Source: Flavobacteriales bacterium (GTDB lineage: Bacteria; Bacteroidota; Bacteroidia; Flavobacteriales_C; GCA-002722245). From it: DNA of 64,000 bases. The stretch lies in NCBI GenBank assembly GCA_046074525.1, contig JBJTOK010000052.1:15760-79759 (forward strand). The letters run 5' to 3'. Numbering within the stretch: the first letter of the stretch is position 1; each line of letters begins with the position of its first letter. The notes under the pieces were generated by a model that was not told where the DNA came from, did no database searches, and saw only the letters and a program-made list of their open reading frames with translations. Positions 56,023 to 64,000 of the stretch are shown piece by piece. The position numbers and the translations under genes are program-made.

Positions 56023-57996
56023 AATGTCTTTTCCCAAATCAACGAGAGGCGGATTACCCAGTGATACATTGATAGTGTCGTAAGCAAAACAACCGCTGCT
56101 GCTCTTTGTTACTTTTACCCAGTAAGTACCGGCACTGCTGATGGAAATGGTTTTTGTTGTTGCACCTGTCGACCATAAATAATCCATTCCGTTAAGCGCT
56201 GCATCCAATGTAACCGATGCGGAACATGTGCTGGTGTCGCGCCCTGGATTCACTTCAGGGACAGGAATGAGCCTGAGTATCATCTCGTCGGGAGCGCTGT
56301 TGTAGGAACCACTTCTGGCGAGTATTAATTTCACGGATCCTCTTTGTTTGTCTTTTTCTCCCGGTGTATACACAGCATTTTCTTTTGAAGTATTATCAAA
56401 ATTTCCATCGCCTGTAGTCGTCCAGAGGATAGAGGAGTATGCTCCTTTATCTCCTTTTAGAGTGTAAGAAAAACAGGCGCAAATTTCTGCATCAGCTCCG
56501 GCATTGGGAGGCAACAGCTTTTCAGTGATGTTTAACCATTTGAAATCTTTGTCGCTGATGTCAAAGCACAATCCTGTTTCAGTTTTGGTGTAAACGATTT
56601 CCACTTCCACCAAAGCTTTTGGGGCTTTGAAAACGGAGGAGGGAGGAGTGAAGGTACCTGTAGTATTTTCGCCAACTTTCACACTGTCGACATAAAAGAT
56701 ATAGGTGGGATTTGCTGCGGGATTTGGGAAGTTGGTCTTATCAATAGAATGAGAAGCACTCAGCAAAGCAGAGCTTCCTTCACATATCGCAGCGGGTTGT
56801 AAAAGTGTTGCCGATAATTTTCCAGGAGGAGGCGTACAATTGATTTTAAAAATATTGGAAAACTCCGATGAGTTGTTGACAGAAGTTGTTGCCTGTGCTA
56901 CTACAGCTCCCGTGATTCCTGAACCACACGGGAAAATTCATTTTCCTGAAGCATCAGCATCTACCGATCCTACATAAGTTTTTCCCTGGTTTTCATTGCT
57001 TGATCCGCCACCAATGCAGTTGAAACAATTGGGATCCACCATGTACAAATCTACTTTGGAATTGGCCGGCGCTATGCCCACAATTTTCACCGGACTGGCT
57101 GTGCTGTTCACTAAATCAATCGCAGGAGTAATAATATTTCCCGTGATTTCAATATTTCCTTTAGCGCCATTGATATTGATGCCTGTGCCTTTGTTGCCGT
57201 ATTTTGGATCACCCTTTATGCCAGTGATATCGGTGCCTATCATATTTCCTATAAGTTGAATATCGTGCGGATAACCCATTGTTTGCGTGAGTTGATTCAT
57301 GCCTGGATTCATTTCAATAGCGTTGAGATTGGCGCCTGAAAAAACATTGTTCTGAATGGTAATGTTGTTTGCTCCTTCACCAATGTGAATTCCTTTTTGT
57401 AAACCTGTACTTGCTGAACCATCTGTGTTTACGCCTACATAATTGTCTTCAATCAATACGTCGTGAACAGAAGAAACATAGAATGCGTGGTTCTTGGTGT
57501 TGATGACACCAGTACCACGAATGTGTGTGCCGGAAGCATCTCCGTAAGTTTTGTGCGCTGATATCTGCCAGGTTTCATTGTCGGTTCCAGCGATGTAAAT
57601 CATTGGGTTTCCTTTGCTGGATCCGGGCTGAGAAAAACCATCGACAAATAATTTATCGTACAGTTGAACACCTTGCTGCAAGGTTAAAACATAAGGGCCC
57701 TTAGTTTGTCCGCCTGCAAATTTGGGATCGATGTTGACCAAAATAGTATCGGCGCCGCAGTATTGTTTGTAGCGCTGATCGCCGGGAGAAGAGCATAGGT
57801 TGGCACCGCTGGTGAGCTATATAGCTACAGGCAGACTCATATCATCGGAAATGAAATTGCCTTGTGCATCGAAGTGTGCACCCGCCAAAGCTCCGTAGTT
57901 TCCTGTTGGATTGAGGGAGTTGACAACAACCGTTTTTGCATTTGCCTGAATGCAGATGAAAAATAAAATAGCTGAAAAAACTCTTTTGGAATTCAT
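56008..57996 (-). pseudogene. beta-helix/Ig-repeat surface protein pseudogene (paralog of 50648-54673 product), truncated at IS
   Basis: Signal peptide MNSKRVFSAILFFICIQANA starting at 57996. In-frame TAG at 57817-57819 and in-frame TGA at 56938-56940, with all segments in one frame. The last four codons plus the stop (RPLA*) are encoded by the IS right inverted repeat. Confidence 0.8.
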
Positions 57997-58042
57997 AATT
58001 CGCCGCTTTAAAATTTTGTGGTTTTCTTATGTCTTCCCCCCT

Positions 58043-58080
58043 TGAAAAAAACGCGAAGAGCCAATAGACTCTTCGCGTTG
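58043..58080 (-). terminator. intrinsic terminator after GH26-like gene
   Basis: The minus strand reads aacgcgaagag tctattgg ctcttcgcgtt followed by T7. Confidence 0.75.
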
Positions 58081-58086
58081 AAAGCT

Positions 58087-61017
58087 TTATTGCTTTATTA
58101 TTTTCAGTGTTTCGCTGTGATCACCCTGTGTGATTTTTACCAGGTATAATCCGCTTTGTAAATCGTTGCCTATAACAAAATGGTTGTTTTCAATTTTCAC
58201 ATTCTGATTGAAAATTTCTCTTCCGCTCAAATCACAAATTACGATATGCGCCGCTTTATTTTCAGGAATGAAAACCGATGTTTCATTACTGAAAGGATTT
58301 GGGAAAACCTGGTAAGAAGGTTGTTTGATTTCGTTGATTACAGTAGTGCTGCCGCTGCTCCAGCAGCCTGTGGTATCGCCCAGTACAGCCCATTCCAATT
58401 CCAATGTTCCTTTGAATGCAGAGTTGAAGGAACCAACAGGGAAAGAGGCGAAAGCAGGATTCGGACGCAAAATAATCTTGCTGATTTTCGTAGCGTCGAG
58501 ATTTCCTTTGCCAAACCAAACACCAGTCATTTTTCCAGTGTAATCCACGGAGAAAGTCTGCCATGATGTGGTAATGGTTTTATCGAAAACCGCTGGTAAA
58601 TCATTGTTTCCGGTTTCTACATCATTGATGTCCATAATGGAAATACGCAGCGCCATACTGGTGGAAGCTTTTGCGCGGAGGTAGAGTTTTTTGTTTGAAG
58701 TCATGTCTACCGGAGCCGCGATAGTACCGTCGTTAGCAGCCAGCGAAATATAATCGTATTCGCCATGTCCGGCCGAGGTGATTTTCAAAGCACCACTGCT
58801 CTCAGCAAAAGTGAAAACACCGTTCGGACTGGAAGTCACGAAAGAAGAAACGGAGCCATCTTCATACTGATCGCTGAAAAGTCCGCAGCTGCCGGCTTTC
58901 GACACCACGTTTACATAATCGGTTCTTGTTTTGGTATCGCTGCTGCTGGCACCATTCACAGTAAGTGTAACAGTTTTCAATCCGTAGGTAGAATATTTCA
59001 CTGTGTGCGGACCTGCGCCAGTTGCCGTTGCCGGAGTGGCCCCTGCACCAAAATTCCAGGCATAAGAAGTAATGGTACCACTGGAAGCATTGGAGAAAAT
59101 TACGTCCTGGTTTTTGTCGACAGATAAAGTGTTGGCAGTAAAATCGGCGAAGACAATATTGTCGCAGCCATCGCCTACAGAGATCACATCAATGATGATA
59201 TCACCTTTAAAATATTCATTGAATTTTTTTCCGTTGAAGGTGATAGGATAGGTGGAGTAGCCAGGATTGACGGAGAATTGTGCGCCAATGATATTGTATA
59301 AATCTACCGGACCGCAGCCAGCCAGACTGCAACCGTATTTATTTACGAGGAAGTTGGTGAAATCAATTTTCAACGTTTGATAATTGTCAGTGAGTTCAAT
59401 TTTGTTACTGAAAGTTCCGTCGGTGGCAGAAACATTGTCAAACATGTCAATCTTCAACAAGGCATTGGCGTTGCTGCTTCCAGCTGCTTTCTTTTTCACG
59501 CGCAAAGTCACAATGGCCTTGGTCAGTGTTGGGTGCGAGAAGTTGAAAGTTTTGGCTGTGCTTCCATCGTTGAATTTGTAGGAGAAGACATCCCATTCGC
59601 CGTGACCTGCTGTAGTGATTACCCAATCTGATCCGCTTTGTTTATGCGTGAATGCATTGGGAGCACTGGCGAATTTCCCTACCGAAGCCGAGCTGTTGAA
59701 ATCATCGAGAAGCATGCAGGTAGCTGTTGGCGTAGCTTCTACGTTGATATAAGTGGTTTTTGTGAGTGTATTGGTTAATCCGCCCGGACCTGTTACAGTG
59801 AGTTTCACGGTTTTTAATCCTGTGGTGGTATAAGATACTTTCACCGGCTTGTCCGAAGTGGAAGAGGCAGGTGATGCGCCAGCACCGAAATCCCAGGAAT
59901 AACCTGTAATATTTCCTGATGAATGCGAAGTGAAAGTGAGTTGCTGGTCTTTGTATACGCGAGTGGTACTGGCTACAAAATCGGCACTGATGCCACCCGA
60001 ACAGCCGTTTTGCAGATCGGAAAATAAAGTGCTGCTGGCATGCATCCAGAAAGAAGTGGAAATTTCGGTGAGCCATTTTGTTTTAATGGTAGCGTTAGCC
60101 TGGATACGTGAATCACCGAAAGTGTTGAGCCATATAGGTTGTGCATCCCAGTTTTGGTTGATGTAACACAAAGCCTTAATAACATCGTTGTTGTTGTGTA
60201 TAAGTGAGAATAGGGGTGCGTACCAACTGTTCCAAAGTGTGTTGCCATCTTCGGACGGTGTTTTATGTCCCTGAGGGGTTGCTTCGGCAATCATGCAAGG
60301 TTTGTTATGGTTGCGCGCAAAGGAAATCATTCCGCCGCCGTTGCCTAAAAAGCGGGAGAAACCCACCCAATCCACATAATTATCGCCCGGATACCAGGTA
60401 GCGAGATTGCCTTCGCTCATTCCGCTGTCGTCGGCCTGCCATACAAAAGCTACGTTGCTTACATTGGCGGCGCGGAACATATCTACAATTCTTTTCCATG
60501 CCTTAATGAATTCAGTGCCGTCATATCCATTGTGTGTGGCATTGAATTCGTAGCCAATGCGGAGGAAGACCGGACGGGGATTTTTGGAGTTTATCCAGTA
60601 AATAAGATTACTGATGTTAGCGTCCAGCTGACCATTGGCGACTTTCGCTAATTGTCCGCTTTGCAAATCAAGCCCGATGGAGATAACAGAGTTGTTAAAG
60701 TCGGGATCTTCAATATAAGATTGTGCCCGGAGTGGACCGGCACCGTAATCGGTTTCATTGTATAAACCGAGGTTGTAGGTAAGGTCGGTGTAGGTGGTTA
60801 CACCGCCGGGGAAAATTCCTGTAGTGCTGCCTACTACTTTTTCTATGTAGCCATTGGTTCGGTTGGCGAGTCCACCCACGGCATCCAGATCCTGTCCGAT
60901 AATCAAAAGGGCTTTTCCGGGAGCCGGTTCAAATTTAGCACACTGACCGAAGGCTGTTGTCATTTGCCCAATGACAAAGCTGGCGGTGAGCAGAAGGGTA
61001 ATTAGTTTGTTTTTCAT
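58087..61017 (-). CDS. secreted clan GH-A (GH26-like) glycoside hydrolase with two PKD domains, CBM-like domains and T9SS type-A CTD
   Basis: Signal peptide. WYPGDNYVDWVGFS and RIGYEFN motifs resemble GH26. PKD motifs (YSWDFGAGASP, YAWNFGAGATP). The C-terminus VFPNPFSNETSVF...DLSGREIF...GLYLVKITQGDHSETLKIIKQ matches the type-A tail. Confidence 0.75.
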   Translation of the reverse strand: MKNKLITLLLTASFVIGQMTTAFGQCAKFEPAPGKALLIIGQDLDAVGGLANRTNGYIEKVVGSTTGIFPGGVTTYTDLTYNLGLYNETDYGAGPLRAQSYIEDPDFNNSVISIGLDLQSGQLAKVANGQLDANISNLIYWINSKNPRPVFLRIGYEFNATHNGYDGTEFIKAWKRIVDMFRAANVSNVAFVWQADDSGMSEGNLATWYPGDNYVDWVGFSRFLGNGGGMISFARNHNKPCMIAEATPQGHKTPSEDGNTLWNSWYAPLFSLIHNNNDVIKALCYINQNWDAQPIWLNTFGDSRIQANATIKTKWLTEISTSFWMHASSTLFSDLQNGCSGGISADFVASTTRVYKDQQLTFTSHSSGNITGYSWDFGAGASPASSTSDKPVKVSYTTTGLKTVKLTVTGPGGLTNTLTKTTYINVEATPTATCMLLDDFNSSASVGKFASAPNAFTHKQSGSDWVITTAGHGEWDVFSYKFNDGSTAKTFNFSHPTLTKAIVTLRVKKKAAGSSNANALLKIDMFDNVSATDGTFSNKIELTDNYQTLKIDFTNFLVNKYGCSLAGCGPVDLYNIIGAQFSVNPGYSTYPITFNGKKFNEYFKGDIIIDVISVGDGCDNIVFADFTANTLSVDKNQDVIFSNASSGTITSYAWNFGAGATPATATGAGPHTVKYSTYGLKTVTLTVNGASSSDTKTRTDYVNVVSKAGSCGLFSDQYEDGSVSSFVTSSPNGVFTFAESSGALKITSAGHGEYDYISLAANDGTIAAPVDMTSNKKLYLRAKASTSMALRISIMDINDVETGNNDLPAVFDKTITTSWQTFSVDYTGKMTGVWFGKGNLDATKISKIILRPNPAFASFPVGSFNSAFKGTLELEWAVLGDTTGCWSSGSTTVINEIKQPSYQVFPNPFSNETSVFIPENKAAHIVICDLSGREIFNQNVKIENNHFVIGNDLQSGLYLVKITQGDHSETLKIIKQ

Positions 61018-61127
61018 CTATTATAGGTTTAGGTTATAAAATAAGATAGTGTTAAAATAACACTAATTTGAATGAAATGCAAATTTTATTTCAGGAGAGA
61101 TTGTAGGGGCACCCGCAAGGGCTGCCC

Positions 61128-61751
61128 CTACAAACAGCAATAATAAATCTGGAGGAAATGAAGTGTGCTGCCCAACAGCACAAAAACATGGAATACAGGA
61201 TGGTTATACGGAATGTGATCCATTTTGTAAATGAACAGTCCGATGACATAACTTGTAATACCTGTAATTAATAAGATGATGCTTTCGGTCGTCAAGTACT
61301 GATAAGCCCATAGCCATAAAACACTCAAAAACAGGTAGCATATTTCGGAAAACCATTGAGGTTTGTCTTTGTATATGACTTTAAAAGTCACTGAAACAAG
61401 ACACAAGAGCCATGCACCAGCAAGAATAGCAGTTCCGGTTTTACCGGGAATTTTAAGTTGCACTAAAGAAGTGTAAGTACCTGCAATTAACAAATCAACA
61501 GCAATATGATCCAGCGTATTGAATAATTTTCTTCGGGAAGGTTTTTTGGCGCTGTGTACTAAGGTGGAGCTTAAGTACACCAAAATTAAAGTGAAGCTAT
61601 AGACGAACAAAGCAAGTAAAGTATGGTCGTTTGATTTTAAAAACAACAACACTGTTCCTGCCACGCCGGCACAGAGCCCGATGGCATGGGTGAGAATGTT
61701 TAAATTTTCCTCCTTGCGGGTAAAGACTTTAGTATTAATTGATATGGCCAT
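61128..61751 (-). CDS. hemolysin III / PAQR family membrane protein
   Basis: Seven TM segments. N-terminal EENLNILTHAIG and C-terminal HVFVLLGSTLHF motifs. Start set at the internal Met (the ORF-track start is 61793). Confidence 0.75.
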   Translation of the reverse strand: MAISINTKVFTRKEENLNILTHAIGLCAGVAGTVLLFLKSNDHTLLALFVYSFTLILVYLSSTLVHSAKKPSRRKLFNTLDHIAVDLLIAGTYTSLVQLKIPGKTGTAILAGAWLLCLVSVTFKVIYKDKPQWFSEICYLFLSVLWLWAYQYLTTESIILLITGITSYVIGLFIYKMDHIPYNHPVFHVFVLLGSTLHFLQIYYCCL

Positions 61752-62688
61752 CTTTACCAATTTGTTTTTTGGAGGTGCTGAAAATAAAATCAATGCCTTT
61801 CAACTTTTTAGCATCTTTCAGGTAGCGGAAGAAAGGAACAGTGTTCGGCATCTTCGTTTGTACTTTATCTAAATGATAGGCAGGTAAAATGGGGTGGGCA
61901 TGGTGCGATTCGTGCAAGTTGAAATTGAAATAAATATAGCGACCCAATTGGCTGAACAAAGAAATGCTGCGGGTGTATTGTACCTGTTCGGAAAAACGGA
62001 TAGGATTTACTTTTTCTCCTTTTGACAAAGGGATTTCAATGTGGGAGTGCTGACTCAATATAAACAGATCACTGATCATCAAACTCAAAATATACGCTGG
62101 CAAGAGATGAAGCACTATCCAGCTTCCAAAGAAATAAAACAGCGTAGCATACGATAAAATCTGCAGTAGAATATTGCGGTAAATTGTTGTTAGCTTCCTC
62201 TCGGGTAAATGCTTTTTTAATTTTTTCAGATTCCAGTAATTACCAATTCTGTAGCCCACTGTAAAGAGCGGAATGAAAAAGAACCAGGAAAAATTCACCA
62301 GGAATTTTACCGGTGCGCTGAACTTAGGCGACACGGTGCCTTCTGTTGTTGGGTCTTTGTCGCGATAGCCCGTCCATTTGTGATGAAGGTTGTGTATGGC
62401 CACCCAACTGCTGAAAGGAATAAAAGCCAGAAGGGCAAAAATATTTCCGAAAATGCGGTTGAGTATTTTGGCTTTGAAATAGCTGAAATGCCCGGTTTCG
62501 TGCAGTAAAATAAAACACTGGAAAAAGAAAATAGCCAGGAAAATTTGTCCGAGAATAAAGTTCCAGCTCAACGAAGGTGTCATCGACAAATACCATCCGG
62601 CCGAAGCAAAGAGTACTGGTGATACTAAAAACAAAAATGCCAGTGAATTGTTGGCTTTAAACTGTTTTATGGTAGCGTGTTCTTTCAT
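61735..62688 (-). CDS. membrane fatty-acid desaturase family protein
   Basis: Three His boxes: HETGH, HNLHHKW and HESHHAH. Confidence 0.8.
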   Translation of the reverse strand: MKEHATIKQFKANNSLAFLFLVSPVLFASAGWYLSMTPSLSWNFILGQIFLAIFFFQCFILLHETGHFSYFKAKILNRIFGNIFALLAFIPFSSWVAIHNLHHKWTGYRDKDPTTEGTVSPKFSAPVKFLVNFSWFFFIPLFTVGYRIGNYWNLKKLKKHLPERKLTTIYRNILLQILSYATLFYFFGSWIVLHLLPAYILSLMISDLFILSQHSHIEIPLSKGEKVNPIRFSEQVQYTRSISLFSQLGRYIYFNFNLHESHHAHPILPAYHLDKVQTKMPNTVPFFRYLKDAKKLKGIDFIFSTSKKQIGKDGHIN

Positions 62689-63431
62689 TGGATTTTTTCC
62701 TGATGTGTTTCATTGAACCTTTTTACATACAGATTTCGCATTTCCTGTACATGAAAATCCAGGTTTTCCACTGTCCAGTTTTTGGTGCTTACGGCGTCTA
62801 AAATTTCGATTTTAATCGTTCCTCTTTTAAAATGTTTGTATTTGTTGAAAGGGTTGGATTCTTTAGGAACAGCGATGAAAAGGGGGAGAATGTCCAGTTT
62901 GGAAATCAAAGCCATGTGGTACACGCCCCGGTTGAATTTATCAATACCGTGATGGTGATCATGCACTCCTTCGGAGGCACCAGCCACATTTATTTTTTGC
63001 TCCACAATTCTTTTTTCCAGTTGGTGGAAAAATGCCATTCGGCGTTTCAGGTGTTTCTTTTGTGGAATGTACACGATTCCTATGCTCAAAGCCGAGAGAG
63101 TGAGGGGAAGGATTTTGATGGTTTTTTCGGAGAGTAAAAAAACCGTGTTGCCATAGCCCATAGCGGTAAGCGCAAAAATATCGAGATAGGAATTATGGTT
63201 GAAGGTGATGAAGTAATTGCCATTTTTAATTGGATTTTCTTTGGGCAAATCCAGTTTAATGCCAACCAGCCACATGATGATTTTCGATGACCAGGCGATG
63301 AAATACCGGCGGTTGAAATGGGTGAGCAAACCAAAGGAAATCAGTCGCAAAATAAGCGCTGTTGATCCGGTGATGGTCATCACCGTGAAAACAATTACGA
63401 GTTGGTATATGTTTTTTAAGGAAGTCGACAT
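62685..63431 (-). CDS. lysophospholipid/1-acylglycerol-3-phosphate acyltransferase family protein
   Basis: HX4D motif FNHNSYLDIF and a downstream GASEG block. N-terminal TM helices. Confidence 0.7.
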   Translation of the reverse strand: MSTSLKNIYQLVIVFTVMTITGSTALILRLISFGLLTHFNRRYFIAWSSKIIMWLVGIKLDLPKENPIKNGNYFITFNHNSYLDIFALTAMGYGNTVFLLSEKTIKILPLTLSALSIGIVYIPQKKHLKRRMAFFHQLEKRIVEQKINVAGASEGVHDHHHGIDKFNRGVYHMALISKLDILPLFIAVPKESNPFNKYKHFKRGTIKIEILDAVSTKNWTVENLDFHVQEMRNLYVKRFNETHQEKIQ

Positions 63432-64000
63432 ACTACTGTTTGCATGGATAAGTTTAATTTCTTTTGAAACAAGAGATAGGGCGTTAATAAAAACTGGCCG
63501 AGGAAATAAGGGAAAATAATTTTGTTCAGGTTTAAGCCCTTCCCGATAGTTTTAAAATAATTGCCGGTAAAAATATAGAAGTAGGGAGGGAAAGCGCCGT
63601 AAGGCAGATATTCTTCCACCACCAGGTTGTGTTTTTTAAGTATTTCCAAAAAACATTGTTTGTCGTACAGTGCCGTGTGTTGTGGCGCCTGAACACCAGG
63701 CCATTTGTTTTTAAACCATTTAAAGGTACGTGAATCCAGTCGCGGCACTTCAATGATAATTTTACCGCCGGGCTTTACTACTTTCTTCGCCATTTCCAGT
63801 GAACGGTTGGGATCGTAATCGTGTTCAAAGAAATGCCACATGGTGACGATGTCGAACTTTTTTTCGGGAATATTTTGCTCGTAAAACAAGCCCTGGTAGA
63901 AATTGATTTTCTCGAAACCGGGGTAAGATAAATCTTCCTTGAAATCAACACCGCTGATTTTACAATTGTACTTTTTATTGAGGTGCAGGAGGAAAGTTCC
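63416..64000 (-). CDS. class I SAM-dependent methyltransferase, N-terminus beyond window edge
   Basis: The frame stays open to base 64000 (GTFLLHLNKKYNCKISGVDF...). The Methyltransf_11/23-like C-terminal part reads FDIVTMWHFFEH...GGKIIIEVP. Confidence 0.7.
   Translation of the reverse strand, partial: GTFLLHLNKKYNCKISGVDFKEDLSYPGFEKINFYQGLFYEQNIPEKKFDIVTMWHFFEHDYDPNRSLEMAKKVVKPGGKIIIEVPRLDSRTFKWFKNKWPGVQAPQHTALYDKQCFLEILKKHNLVVEEYLPYGAFPPYFYIFTGNYFKTIGKGLNLNKIIFPYFLGQFLLTPYLLFQKKLNLSMQTVVCRLP

Noticed and set aside
56938-57819. Possibility that the in-frame TGA and TAG are recoded (Sec, Pyl or an alternative genetic code)
   Set aside because: TGA and TAG terminate many well-defined genes in the same window, for example cysD (TGA) and the adhesin at 7981-7983 (TAG). 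I noticed no SECIS-like element. The TGA aligns with Trp in the paralog, and the gene is also truncated by an IS, so pseudogenisation is the simpler explanation.
61102-61132. Hairpin tgtaggggca ... tgcccctaca at the 3' end of the hemolysin-III gene, as a terminator
   Set aside because: It overlaps the stop codon and is not followed by a T-run on the minus strand. Evidence is insufficient.

Overview
This 64-kb segment looks like a Bacteroidota chromosome. It carries several proteins with T9SS type-A (Por secretion tail) or type-B (gliding-motility CHU_C-like) C-terminal sorting domains, many lipoproteins, and TAnnTTTG-type -7 promoter boxes. No rRNA, tRNA or CRISPR array was seen. Gene order is as follows. 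cysD (partial) and cysN come first, then a 1932-aa T9SS adhesin with fourteen 88-aa tandem repeats. Housekeeping genes follow: AlkP-family lipoprotein, GSCFA, lgt, IMPase, GatB/YqeY, VOC, S4, peroxiredoxin, ZIP, a methyltransferase, a SiaB/SiaC-like pair, relA/spoT, a GH18 T9SS enzyme, mgsA and a thioredoxin-fold protein. Next is a ~21.5-kb nitrate-assimilation plus molybdenum-cofactor island (27057-48599). It contains nirB, nirD, a nasA-reductase fusion, a rubredoxin-fusion protein, moaA-moeA-moaD-moaE-moaC/B-mobA, an FNR-like regulator, a porin, nrtABD, a second FNR-like regulator, a short clade-2-type chlorite dismutase and narK. After the island come T9SS cargo genes, including a 1341-aa beta-helix adhesin. 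A decayed 959-bp IS with perfect 18-bp terminal inverted repeats then abuts a paralogous beta-helix adhesin pseudogene that has two in-frame nonsense codons. The window ends with a GH26-like T9SS hydrolase and a lipid-modification cluster (hemolysin III, desaturase, acyltransferase, partial methyltransferase). I found no recognisable defence system. The most interesting material is the accessory content and candidate cis-elements of the nitrate island, a dispersed repeat family flanking relA, two long palindromes, the orphan SiaB/SiaC module, and the recombination-prone adhesin repeats. All family assignments rest on reading motifs in the supplied translations. No database search was run.
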